A stretch of DNA of 39,486 nucleotides from Octopus bimaculoides. Lineage: Eukaryota. Numbering within the stretch: position 1 is the first letter of the stretch; each line of letters starts with the position of its first letter. Below are positions 12,141 through 22,766 of this stretch, piece after piece. The stretch is taken from contig NC_068990.1 in the NCBI RefSeq assembly GCF_001194135.2, positions 43,364,484-43,403,969 on the forward strand, read 5' to 3'. A model generated the notes under the pieces. That model was not told the DNA's origin. It saw nothing but the letters and a program-made list of their open reading frames with translations, and searched no databases. A program made the translations under genes and the position numbers.

Positions 12141-12535
12141 AGGAGTGGTTGTGTGGAAAGTAGCTTGCTTACCAACCACATGGTTCCAGGTTCAGTCCCA
12201 CTGTGTGGGCAAGTGACTTCTACTATAGCCTCGGGCCGACCAAAGACTTGTGAGTGGATTTGGTAGATGGAAACTGAAAGAAGCCCGTCGTATATATGTA
12301 TATGTATGTGTATGTATGTGTGTATTTGTGTGTCTGTGTTTGTCCCCCCCAACATCGCTTGACAACCGATGATGATGTGTTTACGGCCCCCATAACTTAG
12401 CGGTTCAGCAAAAGAGACCGATAGAATAAATACTAGGCTTCCAAAGAAAAAGTCCTGGAGTCGATTTGCTCGACTAAAGGCGGTGCTCCAGCATGGCCAC
12501 AGTCAAAAGACTGAAATAAGTAAAAGAGTAAAAAG
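12141..12535 (+). mobile_element. Full-length SINE A
   Basis: A-box-like tggttgtgtgg, B-box-like ggttcagtccc, CORE-like gggcaagtg, internal TA/TG tract, A-rich aaaagagt tail. Confidence 0.9.
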
Positions 12536-13204
12536 CATTTTGCACGATCTACTGCCCCTTCCTAATAAACATTCCTACTTGTACTTCCAAAAAGCTGATA
12601 TCATTAACATATCATTACCAATGTTGTTGTCATCACAGATGAAACGAACAATTACTTTTTAACCATTTAACTACAAAATTAAGCTCCACAATTATTCCAG
12701 TTAGAATTGGTAATTTCTGCAAGTCACATTGCTTCATAATAAACTTGATATTTCTCGACAAAAAATAGTTTTGAACATTTTGCTGACATTCCTCAACAAA
12801 AGATAGATTGGTATATGAAGCTGCTTTCTGCTGTTAAGGAGACAATGAAACTTTGAGTGGATGTATCTGATTTCCACAGAAAAAAAGGGTTAACAATAAA
12901 TTTGGTTTAAAGTGGAGGAGGGGAGAGGGGAGAGATGGGGAGGAGGCAGAGAAAAGGTAGAAGTGGAGGGGGATGGAAGAGAAAAGGTAGAAGAGGGTGG
13001 TGGTGGTGGTCGTCATCGTCGTCATCGTTGTGGTGGTGGTGGTCATGGTGGTAGTGGTGGTCATGGTGGTGGTGGTGGTGGTGGTTGGTGATGGTGATGG
13101 TGGTGAAGAGGAGAGGAGGAAACAATCATTAGAGTAGAAACATTTTTTTTACAAGTGGGTAATAACACTGATAGAATGTAAATTAGCAGAAAGCATCACT
13201 TGTT

Positions 13205-13520
13205 TAGAGGTCATAAACGCATTAGCTATGCCTGTAATTGCATACCGCTTCACTTTTATTAACTGGTCCATCTCTGTGATCAACACAAATTGATGTCAAA
13301 ATCCAAAAGCTGATGACAATGCATCATATGCATCATTGAAAAGTAGGCATAGACCAAATGCACCTTCCAAGAAAAGAAGGCAGAGGTTAATACAATCTCG
13401 ACTCTCATTGAAAATTGTGACCATGGAACATTCTTCCCACTTGCAACAAGCAAACGAATGAATGTTAAAGCTAGTTCTGAAACATGAAGATACCAAAAAG
13501 TAGCAGTCAGTGATGAAAAT
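13205..13520 (+). mobile_element. R4/Dong-like LINE fragment (post-RT region), degraded
   Basis: Frameshifted translation VINALAMPVIAYRFTFINW...KIQKLMTMHHMHH*KVGIDQMHLPRKEGRGLIQ resembles the HHP...D..RLYLPRKEGGRGL motif of R4-clade ORFs. Confidence 0.65.
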
Positions 13521-13574
13521 ACAAAAATATACCCAAGTATTTTTCCTGGCAGGCAAATGATTCTGCCATTATTA

Positions 13575-13653
13575 TTAATCATTATTATTATTGATGATGA
13601 GGATGATGATGATGATGATGATGATGAAGAAGAAGAAGAAGAAGAAGAAGAAG

Positions 13654-13683
<30 letters not shown>
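13575..13683. repeat. (ATT)(GAT)(GAA)n compound microsatellite
   Basis: Direct inspection. Confidence 0.95.
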
Positions 13684-13684
<1 letters not shown>

Positions 13685-13723
13685 GTAAAGGGGTTGTACC
13701 TTTAATAATTGGTGCATTGACAC

Positions 13724-13935
13724 TTACTCTTTTACTTGTTTCAGTCATTTGACTGTGGCCATGCTGGAGCACCACCTTTAGTCAAGCAAATCGACCCCGG
13801 GACTTATTCTTTGTAAGCCTAGTACTTATTCTATCGGTCTCTTTTGCCGAAACACTAAGTGACGGGGACATAAACACATCAACATCGGTCGTCAAGCAAT
13901 ACTAGGGGGACAAACACAGACACATAAACACACAG

Positions 13936-13977
<42 letters not shown>

Positions 13978-14146
13978 CTATAAGACGGGCTTCTTTCAGT
14001 TTCTGTCTACCAGATCCACTCGCAAGGCTTTGGTTGGCCCCAGGCTATAGTAGAAGACACTTACCCAAGATGCCACGCAGTGGGACTGAACCCAGAACCA
14101 TGTGGTTGTTAAGCAAGCTACTTATCACACAGCCACTCCTGTGCCT
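13724..14146 (-). mobile_element. Full-length SINE A
   Basis: Reverse complement of the family A sequence from tail to head (cagccactcctgtgcc). Confidence 0.9.
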
Positions 14147-14149
14147 TGT

Positions 14150-14390
14150 AAACAAAGATATAGACAAATGGTTGAAGGAGACTGGAATAGCATATCCTGT
14201 AGAGCTTCTACAGAAAGTTTGCCTCTTAGAGACAAGAAAGATTATCAGGAGGGTTCTAAGCATTTGAAAGATTATTGAAAGCTAGTGGATACCTAAAGTT
14301 ACAGGCAGTAACTCAATATCCATATAAATCCTGCCAGGAATAAGACCAAACCTGAATCAAATCAATAATAATAATAATAATATTAATAAT
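14150..14390 (+). mobile_element. R4/Dong-like LINE extreme 3' end with (TAA)n tail
   Basis: KDIDKWLKETGIAYPVELLQKVCLLETRKIIRRVLSI* fits the LQK..LLGT.RI.R.VL C-terminus; short UTR then aataataat. Confidence 0.75.
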
Positions 14391-14397
14391 ACTTTCT

Positions 14398-14541
14398 ACT
14401 TTAGGCACAAGGCCAGCAATTTCGGTGGGGAGGTAAATTGATTACATTGACCCCATTGTTTCACTGGTACTTATTTCATCGACCCCGAAAGGATGAAAGG
14501 CAAAGTCGACATCAGTGGAATTTGAACTCAGAACATAAAGA
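14398..14541 (-). mobile_element. SINE B, 5'-truncated
   Basis: ctggtacttatttcatcgaccccgaaaggatgaaaggcaaagtcgac ... ggaatttgaactc. Confidence 0.85.
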
Positions 14542-14545
14542 TATA

Positions 14546-14977
14546 GGTGCAGGAGTGGCTGTGTGGTAAATAGCTTGCTTACCAACCACATGGTTCCAGG
14601 TTCCATCCTACTGCGTGGCACCTTGGGCAAGTGTCTTCTACTATAGACTTGGGCTGACCAAAGCCTTATGAGTGGATTTGGTAGACGGAAACTGAAAGAA
14701 GCCCGTCATATATATGTATATATATATGTGCGTGTGTTTGTGTGTGTGTGTTTGTGTGTGTGTGTTTGTCCCCTCAACATCGCTTGACATGCGATGCTGA
14801 TGTGTTTATGTCCCCGTAACTTAGCAGTTTGGCAAAAAGAGACCGATAAAATAAGTACTAGGCTTACAAAGAATAAGTCCTGGGGTCGATTTGCTCGACT
14901 AAAAAAAAGGTGGTGCTCCAGCATGGCCGCAGTCAAATGACTGAAACAAGTAAAAGAATAAAAGAATAAAAGAATAG
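14546..14977 (+). mobile_element. Full-length SINE A
   Basis: ggtgcaggagtggctgtgtgg head, ccttgggcaagtgtctt, (TAAAAGAA)n tail. Confidence 0.9.
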
Positions 14978-15204
14978 GTGAAATGCCAGTAAACATTTTG
15001 TCCAGCATACTGACAATTCTGCCAGCTTGCCCATGATGAGGATAATGATGATGATGTAATTGACCTACCTCTCTTCTGAAGTTGCTGGCCATGTGCCAAA
15101 ATTTGAAACCCTACTTTTTCAGACAAAACTTTTTGTAACCTTCGTCCTGTCTTTGTCCTTAAATGTTTTTAATTGATATTAGCCCTTGTTGCCAATAAAA
15201 CGAA

Positions 15205-15207
15205 TTA

Positions 15208-15259
<52 letters not shown>

Positions 15260-15425
15260 GTATTGAAGATGTCACACAGTATCTAATGCCGTAATGTAGT
15301 GGATTGAAGTCATTGTCTACTAAGGGCTTGTACTATCTGTCAAGTCACAACAAGGACCTCAGGCAGACAGTACTTTACGAAATATGCATGCATTTCCAAG
15401 TAAAGCCAATTTTTGCAATACCCAA
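15205..15425 (-). mobile_element. R4/Dong-like LINE extreme 3' end with (TAA)n tail
   Basis: Minus strand VLQKLALLGNACIFRKVLSA*, ~100-nt UTR, (TAA)n at 15205-15258. Confidence 0.7.
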
Positions 15426-15479
15426 TATCATCATCATCATCATCATCGTCATCATCATTAATATTATTATTATTATTAT

Positions 15480-16089
15480 GAGTGAGAGAGCAGTGCATGC
15501 CATCAAAGTGACACTGGGGTAAAATATACAAAGCCCATTATACCCATCATGACGACCCATCTGATAAGGGTTCACCAGTCACATGTATCACAACCATATG
15601 TGCGCAACTTGGTGATCTCATATCAAGATAAACCGTGCATGACCTTGCAGGTGTGGCCCAGTTAGAATTTTCTTCAGGTTGAGTAGCCCATCCTGCTCAA
15701 AAGATCCCTGAATAAGGTTTGTTTAAGGATGTTGAGCAAAACACCCATGTTTCCANNNNNNNNNNCTGAATAAGGTTTGTTTAAGGATGTTGAGCAAAAC
15801 ACCCATGTTTCCAAAGGTGAATTATTCAAACCCCAAAGAATTCCTCTCAACACATGGCTATGATGTTTCCCCACTACTTTTGCTTATGATCAGAGATGCA
15901 CATATCGTCTGCCACCAAAGGAATGCTCAACTGGTTAAGGTCAAACAACTGACAAGCAAATCTGTGGTATTAAGCAGAATATTTGCTGTAGCCCATCTTT
16001 TTATACCAAGACAAAGCAATGTACATGATAACACTTCCAATCAAGATCAGAAGCCATGAGAGCCACTGCCTGGTACTGCATCCGGGCAT
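15480..16089 (-). mobile_element. ~610-bp non-coding element flanked by (TAA)n on both sides (unclassified)
   Basis: Unique-sequence block between ATT arrays; a second partial copy at 16158-16323 shares the same terminus; no recognisable ORF. Strand assigned from the TAA tail. Confidence 0.65.
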
Positions 16090-16095
16090 TTATTA

Positions 16096-16157
<62 letters not shown>

Positions 16158-16323
16158 GAGTGAGAGGGCAATGCATACAGTCAAAGTGACACTAGGGTAA
16201 AATATATACGAAGCTCAGTATACCCATCATGACTAACTGTCTAATAAGGGTACACCAGGCACATGCATCACAACCTTATGTGCGCGACATGGTGACCTCA
16301 TATCAAGATAAACAGCACATGAC
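16158..16323 (-). mobile_element. Truncated second copy of the 610-bp TAA-flanked element
   Basis: gagtgagag ... tcaaagtgacact(g/a)gggtaaaatata ... tcatatcaagataaac aligns with 15480-15645. Confidence 0.85.
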
Positions 16324-16722
16324 ATTATTATTATTATGATTATTATTATTCTTATCATTACTGTTATCATCATCGTCGTCATCATCATCACCATCATCAC
16401 CATCATAAATATAAATTACTTGAGCCAGAGGAATTCTGTGCAAATGATGAAAGATGGAATTAACCTTAAGGTTGACTTTGTCTTCCACCCCTACTGGACT
16501 TGATAAAACAGTTAGCAGGTAAAGGGCTGATTCTTCAGTTTCATCTGTCTTTCTCTCTCCTGCAGATTTGTGGTCCTGCTTTTTGCCAGAATTGAAATAA
16601 TGTAATTATTATTGATGATAGAAAGAGCAGTCAATCATAAAAAAAAATCCCATTGTAAATTCTCATGTAGTAATTTGGATAATCAAGATGAGGGGAAGAA
16701 TGGCTGTTTTACAGACATAGTA

Positions 16723-16754
<32 letters not shown>

Positions 16755-16901
16755 CGACGATGACGTTGTTGATGATGATAATGATGATGATGATGATGAC
16801 GACGATGACGCTGTTGTTGTTGATGATGATGATGATGATGATGATGACGACGATGATGACGACGATGATGACGACGATGATGACGACGATGATGACGACG
16901 G

Positions 16902-16932
<31 letters not shown>

Positions 16933-17560
16933 GATGATGATGATGACGATGATGACGATGATGACGATGATGATGACGATGATGACGATGATGACGATGA
17001 TGATGGTGATGGTGGTGGTGGTGGTGGTGGTGGTGGTGGTGGTTACAGTAGGTGAAGGTCATGATGACAGGGATATTGGTGATGACAATTACAGAGATGG
17101 GTGATCATGATGAAGATGGTGTTGATGATGATAGCACTCTCCTGCTGATGGTTGGTAGCAATGATGAAGGGGTGGAGATATGGGAATAGTGTTGGTGATG
17201 ATGATGATGATGATGATGATGATGACAATGCTGTGGGTGATGAAAATGGTGGTGGTGATGATGATGTCAGTGACAATGGTGGTAATGATGATGATGCTTG
17301 TGGTGATGACAGTGGTAGTAAGTGATGATAGCTGTGGTGGTCGTGGTGGCGGTGGGAGTGGCAGTGGTGGTAGCAGTGAAGGTGGTGGTGGCAGTGAAGG
17401 GGGTGGTAGCAGTGAAGGGAGTAATGGCAGTGGTGGTAGCAGTGAAGGGGGTGGTGGCAGTGGCAGTGATTGGCTGCAGCTGTTGTGGTGATTATGGTGG
17501 TGATGATGATGATGATGACAGTGATGATGATGGTGGTGGTGGTGGAGAGGCCAATATTAT
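16723..17560. repeat. Long compound (GAT)/(GAC)/(GGT)/(GGTAGC-like) trinucleotide tract
   Basis: Direct inspection; source of the poly-D/H/M/G ORFs. Confidence 0.95.
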
Positions 17561-17784
17561 TTTAAGAATAAACGAGAACAAGACAGATGAGATGGGAGGG
17601 GATGGGATTGCTTGATAGTATTATGTTCGTTTGGACAGGTAATGCTAATTAATAACACGTGCATGTTGGCTAAACATGCATCATTAGTTAATTACGGTTA
17701 AAGGAAGGACACATGAAAGATTGGGAAAGTCAAACTTGAGAACACTGCATTTCACTGCACTGTTGATGCAGGATCAAGGTGTAC

Positions 17785-18150
17785 ATGCACACACACACAC
17801 ACACACACATACACATATATACACACACGTACACTCACGCACGTACAAACACACACACACACACATACACATACATACAAACACACATATATACACATGC
17901 ACACACACATACACACATACATACACACACGTACACTCACACACATACAAACACATACAAACACATACATACACACACACACATATACACACACACGTAC
18001 ACTCACACATACAAACACACACTCACACATACATATACACACACATGCACACACACACACATGCACACACACACACACTTACATGCACATGCACAATCAC
18101 ACACACATACACACACTCACACATACACACACAGACATACATCCATACAT
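17785..18150. repeat. Compound (CA)/(TACA) microsatellite
   Basis: Direct inspection; sub-motif cacacacgtacactcac occurs three times. Confidence 0.95.
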
Positions 18151-18257
18151 AATGATGCTGTCATTTTCAGACCTTTTGCACATATGCTAATGAGGTGAGT
18201 GGCTACTTAGTCACACTATTTACAAGAAATAGCAGCTAAATCTGCTGTCTTTTGGCC

Positions 18258-18353
18258 GTGTGCTGAGAACTTTGCTTCCCAACCACATGGTTCCAGGTTC
18301 AGTTTCCCTCTGTGACACCTTCGGCAAGTGGCTTCTGCTATACGCTCAGGCTA
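18258..18353 (+). mobile_element. SINE A head truncated by gap
   Basis: ccaaccacatggttccaggttcag ... accttcggcaagtggcttctgctata. Confidence 0.75.
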
Positions 18354-19057
18354 NNNNNNNNNNNNNNNNNNNNNNNNNNNNNNNNNNNNNNNNNNNNNNN
18401 NNNNNNNNNNNNNNNNNNNNNNNNNNNNNNNNNNNNNNNNNNNNNNNNNNNNNNNNNNNNNNNNNNNNNNNNNNNNNNNNNNNNNNNNNNNNNNNNNNNN
18501 NNNNNNNNNNNNNNNNNNNNNNNNNNNNNNNNNNNNNNNNNNNNNNNNNNNNNNNNNNNNNNNNNNNNNNNNNNNNNNNNNNNNNNNNNNNNNNNNNNNN
18601 NNNNNNNNNNNNNNNNNNNNNNNNNNNNNNNNNNNNNNNNNNNNNNNNNNNNNNNNNNNNNNNNNNNNNNNNNNNNNNNNNNNNNNNNNNNNNNNNNNNN
18701 NNNNNNNNNNNNNNNNNNNNNNNNNNNNNNNNNNNNNNNNNNNNNNNNNNNNNNNNNNNNNNNNNNNNNNNNNNNNNNNNNNNNNNNNNNNNNNNNNNNN
18801 NNNNNNNNNNNNNNNNNNNNNNNNNNNNNNNNNNNNNNNNNNNNNNNNNNNNNNNNNNNNNNNNNNNNNNNNNNNNNNNNNNNNNNNNNNNNNNNNNNNN
18901 NNNNNNNNNNNNNNNNNNNNNNNNNNNNNNNNNNNNNNNNNNNNNNNNNNNNNNNNNNNNNNNNNNNNNNNNNNNNNNNNNNNNNNNNNNNNNNNNNNNN
19001 NNNNNNNNNNNNNNNNNNNNNNNNNNNNNNNNNNNNNNNNNNNNNNNNNNNNNNNNN
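18354..19057. other. Largest assembly gap (N run)
   Basis: Other gaps: 5001-5166, 8554-8880, 9898-10055, 11363-11641, 15756-15765, 25215-25254, 30762-30779, 33187-33196; most abut microsatellites. Confidence 1.
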
Positions 19058-19096
<39 letters not shown>

Positions 19097-19389
19097 CTGT
19101 AGGGATACTACTGGCACACAGTGAACGTACGCATGTGCACGCAGGTACATGACTGTGTAATTTTACTGTTAAGTAGTAAGCAACCCATTTTACTCCAACT
19201 ATTATATTCCCCTAATGGCTACTATCTTAAACTCCCATCTCCCTCTCTCGCTTTCTCCCCCTCCTCTCTTCTTCACTCCTAGCAAGTCCACCTCACTTGC
19301 ACTCCTAAATATCAAACCTTTTGTTTCCTCTTCTTCTCATTTTTGACCATTTCACTTCTAAAAGTTCTTTTCTTTTCTTTTTATCTTGT

Positions 19390-20010
19390 ATATTTCTGGT
19401 AAGGCAGCTGCAGGAGAAATACATAGCCAAAAATAAACCCCTGTACTTGGCTTTTGTTGACATGGAGAAATTCTTTGACAGGGACCCCCAATTCCTTATC
19501 TGGTGGCCAATGTGGAAACGAGGGAGAGATGAGTGGTTGGTGAGAGCTGTAGAAGCTATGTACAGTGATGCTGTCAGTAAGGCAAGGGTTGGCAATGAGT
19601 AAAGCAAAGGATTCAGTCCTCAGCCCCCTCTTGTTCATTATAGTCCTCCGGGCAGTAACAGGCTGCCCCTGAGAGCTCCTCTACACTGATGACCTTGTTC
19701 TTATAGCTGAATCACTACCAGAACTAGAGATGAAGTTTCAGGTATGGAAGCAAGGTCTAGAATCGAAAGGCCTTAGAGTTATCCTAGCAAAAACCAAAGT
19801 CTTGATAAGTAGGAAGGCAGATAAATCACAAATCCCTTCAGGTAGATGGTCCTGCTCAATCTGCAGAAAATGTGTAGGTAGAAACTCCATAAAATGTCTG
19901 CAGAGGCAAGGTGACTGATGCCAGTGGCGTGTGAAACGGCTTCATGAAGGCAATGACAAATGACCGAGACCATTGGTATTATGCCATGTTTGAGAAGACC
20001 CATCAAGCCA
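19390..20010 (+). mobile_element. Internally deleted RTE LINE (RT remnant joined to ORF end)
   Basis: IFLVRQLQEKYIAKNKPLYLAFVDMEKFFDR, LLYTDDL, KGLRVILAKTKVL, CSICRK; jumps at about 19895 to the ORF-end sequence gcaatgacaaatgaccgagacc. Confidence 0.85.
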
Positions 20011-20389
20011 GGTGGTGGTGGTGGTGGTGGTGGTGGTTATTATGATGGTGTTAGTAATGGTAGTGCTGCTGCTGCTGGTGTCAGAGTTAGTGGTAGTGAT
20101 GATGAGGTAATGGTGATGGTGGTGATGATGATGATGGTAGTGGTATTAATAGTGTATATGCTTCTAATACTGCCAAATAAAAATTAGTCTTTTCTCAAAT
20201 TTATACCATATCAATTATGGCTTATTAATTTTTTAATTTCTGTTGCAAAACTCTCTTTCCACTTCACCCCACCCTAAACTCTTCCAACAATTATGTCAAT
20301 TTGTCGGTCAGTCAACTTATTAACCATCATTATGCTTTAGCAACCAATTAATGTGCTATTTTTATTTCATTTTTACCAAATTCATAATA

Positions 20390-20575
20390 TTCTTTTGTTT
20401 CAAGCATTGGACCCAGCCATGCAGGGGTACCATCTTGAAGGGCTTAGTCAAACAAATTAAATCCCAGTACTTATTTAAGTCAAATACTTATTCTATTGGT
20501 TTCCTTTTGCTAAATGGTTAGTTTCAGGGATGTAAACAAACCAGCATCAGTTGTCTAGCAAAGAGGAGCAAACTG
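20390..20575 (-). mobile_element. Degraded SINE A 3' half
   Basis: ttagtcaaacaaattaaatcccagtacttattt ... tacttattctattgg ... gatgtaaacaaaccagcatcagttgtc. Confidence 0.65.
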
Positions 20576-20637
20576 AAAGATGTAAGCACACTTGCACATA
20601 CAGACATATATATTCGCATATAGTAATATAAATGGTA

Positions 20638-20697
<60 letters not shown>

Positions 20698-20740
20698 ACC
20701 CTTCATTAGTTGTTGACTGTCTATCTGTTTCTCATTTCGA

Positions 20741-21550
20741 GCAGGGCTAAATTTGACGATTTTTTCAGAAACAGTTTTATGCATTGGTGAACAGTCAACA
20801 GCGTTGGAGAGCATAAAGATTGAAGTTGTAGTTGAGAAAAAGTTAGCTGACATGAAGGACTGAAAGCCATCTGAATATTCACGCAGGATATCAAAATGCC
20901 AACATTATGACTGCAGCTCAGTGTTCTGTGAACTTTGTAAAGTCTGTAAGATGTGACATGGACAACTGCAATAAAGACTATGAAGCCATGGCCAATAGGG
21001 AGGGATACAGTAGGCATTCTGACTGTGACCGTCAACTGGAATTTATCCCTACATTTCTGAACAGGACCTTAGGCTCAATACAGCCAGCTATGCAAAGCTG
21101 GTGGAAACTGTGGTCAATCCTAGGTTGGAAGGCCATGTCATATCACTAGAGAGAGTCAGTAACGGTTGTCAGAGAATTTCTATAGCTTCACCAGCCTTGA
21201 TTTCTGGCTTACTAATTCCCCTGATTGTAATCTCACAGATTACTATGTAAGGAGCACAGTTAGGAAAGACACAAATCATTCTGCCTGTATCAACAAGGCT
21301 GAGCGGGAAGCCAAGATTCAGAAGGTGTTCAAAGATCTTCCCAGGGAAACAGTAAGGAATGCATATGCCAGGCTCTGGAGCAATCTTGAGGTTGTAATGG
21401 AAGATGTGGGTAGCAAATTTGAGTAAATTGTTTTCTCCCAGCCATAGTCAAATTGACATATTTTTGAATTTTTGAAATACTTTTGTTTTTGGATGAGATA
21501 TGTTTTCTTTGTCTTTTATGCAAATTTTCATATTTAGCCCAAACACCCTG
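20741..21550 (+). mobile_element. Tc1/mariner-superfamily (maT-like) relic
   Basis: ORF 21166-21426 DFWLTNSPDCNLTDYYV...AKIQKVFKDLPRETVRNAYARL fits WPPxSPDxNPLDY; right end caccctg followed by TA; degraded left-end match gggctaaat at about 20744. Confidence 0.6.
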
Positions 21551-22261
21551 TATAATGAAACAACACAGGACCTTTGTACATCATTATTCATATTTTCTGT
21601 TCAGTGATAGCACAACAACATCCAATTCACATTTCAATCCCAACAAAGATTTGTTTGAAAATGTGTTTAGAATATTAGTTTAGTTCTTTGTTTAATTATT
21701 TTATTTCTAAGAAGAAATCCATGATCCTTCTAAATATCCAGTGTCTTCACATACTTACTACCCATAGCATCCTTTTGACATTTGCCATAACCTTATGAAC
21801 CTGCAACACTCTGGAAGTGGATGCTTACACCCAGGTTAAGAACTACTGTATGTGATAAATATTTCTCTAAAGAGTTATTGTTTTTCTCCAAGTCAATCCT
21901 AACTGAGTAAACTCATATTCAAAGTTATTCCAAAACTGATCATCCTGTCTTTTCTTATTTTTTAGCCATACTGTAGCATGTGGTTTAAGAAAGATTTGAC
22001 TGCCATTTTTGAGAGCATTAACAGACCATATAAAGGTCATTTATTTGTTCATTTATCCTATGTTCTTTACTGATACCAAAAGATTTTTGTTTTACTTTTG
22101 TTGCCTTTGACTCAAGTCCTTATATAAATCATGTTTCCTGGTGGCAACACACATGTACTGCAAGCATGTATACATAGATAGATAGACACACACACGCACA
22201 TGCACACACACACACACACATACAAATATATACATACATACACACACACACACATATACAA

Positions 22262-22298
<37 letters not shown>

Positions 22299-22353
22299 CG
22301 TATATACTACATACACACACATACACACACTCATACACACATGCATACTTACT

Positions 22354-22766
22354 TACTTTTACTTTTATCTGTTTCAGTCATTTGACTGCGGCCATGCTGG
22401 AGCACTGCCTTTAGTCGAGCAAATCAACCCCAGGACTTATTCTTTGGAAGCCTAGTACTTATTCTATCGGTCTCTTTTGCTGAACCGCTAAGTTACGGGG
22501 ACGTAAACACACCAGCATCGGTTGTCAAGCGATGTTGGGGGAACAAACACAGACACAAACATACACACACACATACACATATATACATATATATACATGT
22601 ATACGACAGGCTTCTTTCAGTTTCCATCTACCAAATCCACTCACAAGGCTTTGGTCAACCCGAGGCTATAGTAGAAGACACTTGCCCAAAGTGCCACGCA
22701 GTGGGAATCAACCCGGAACCATGTGGTTGGTAAGCAAGCTACTTGCCACACAGCCACTCCTGTGCC
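22354..22766 (-). mobile_element. Full-length SINE A
   Basis: Complete reverse-complement copy with internal CA/TA tract. Confidence 0.9.

Noticed and set aside
15708-15813. Exact 48-bp direct repeat either side of a 10-N gap
   Set aside because: Typical unmerged contig overlap; assembly artefact rather than duplication
15990-16089. HDV-like ribozyme at the presumed 5' end of the 610-bp element
   Set aside because: I could not build P1/P3/P1.1 pairings by hand; a formal RNAMotif/Infernal search would be needed
16540-16610. Strong splice acceptor ctttctctctcctgcag at 16565
   Set aside because: All three frames stop within 14 codons and no donor follows; cannot support an exon
16612-17615. 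Poly-Asp, poly-His, poly-Met and Gly-rich ORFs
   Set aside because: Open frames are a by-product of GAT/GAC/GGT repeats that lack stops in several frames; no flanking domain or convincing splice context
17721-19152. Long HT/CV/YI-repeat and X-filled ORFs here and elsewhere
   Set aside because: Translations of dinucleotide microsatellites and N gaps
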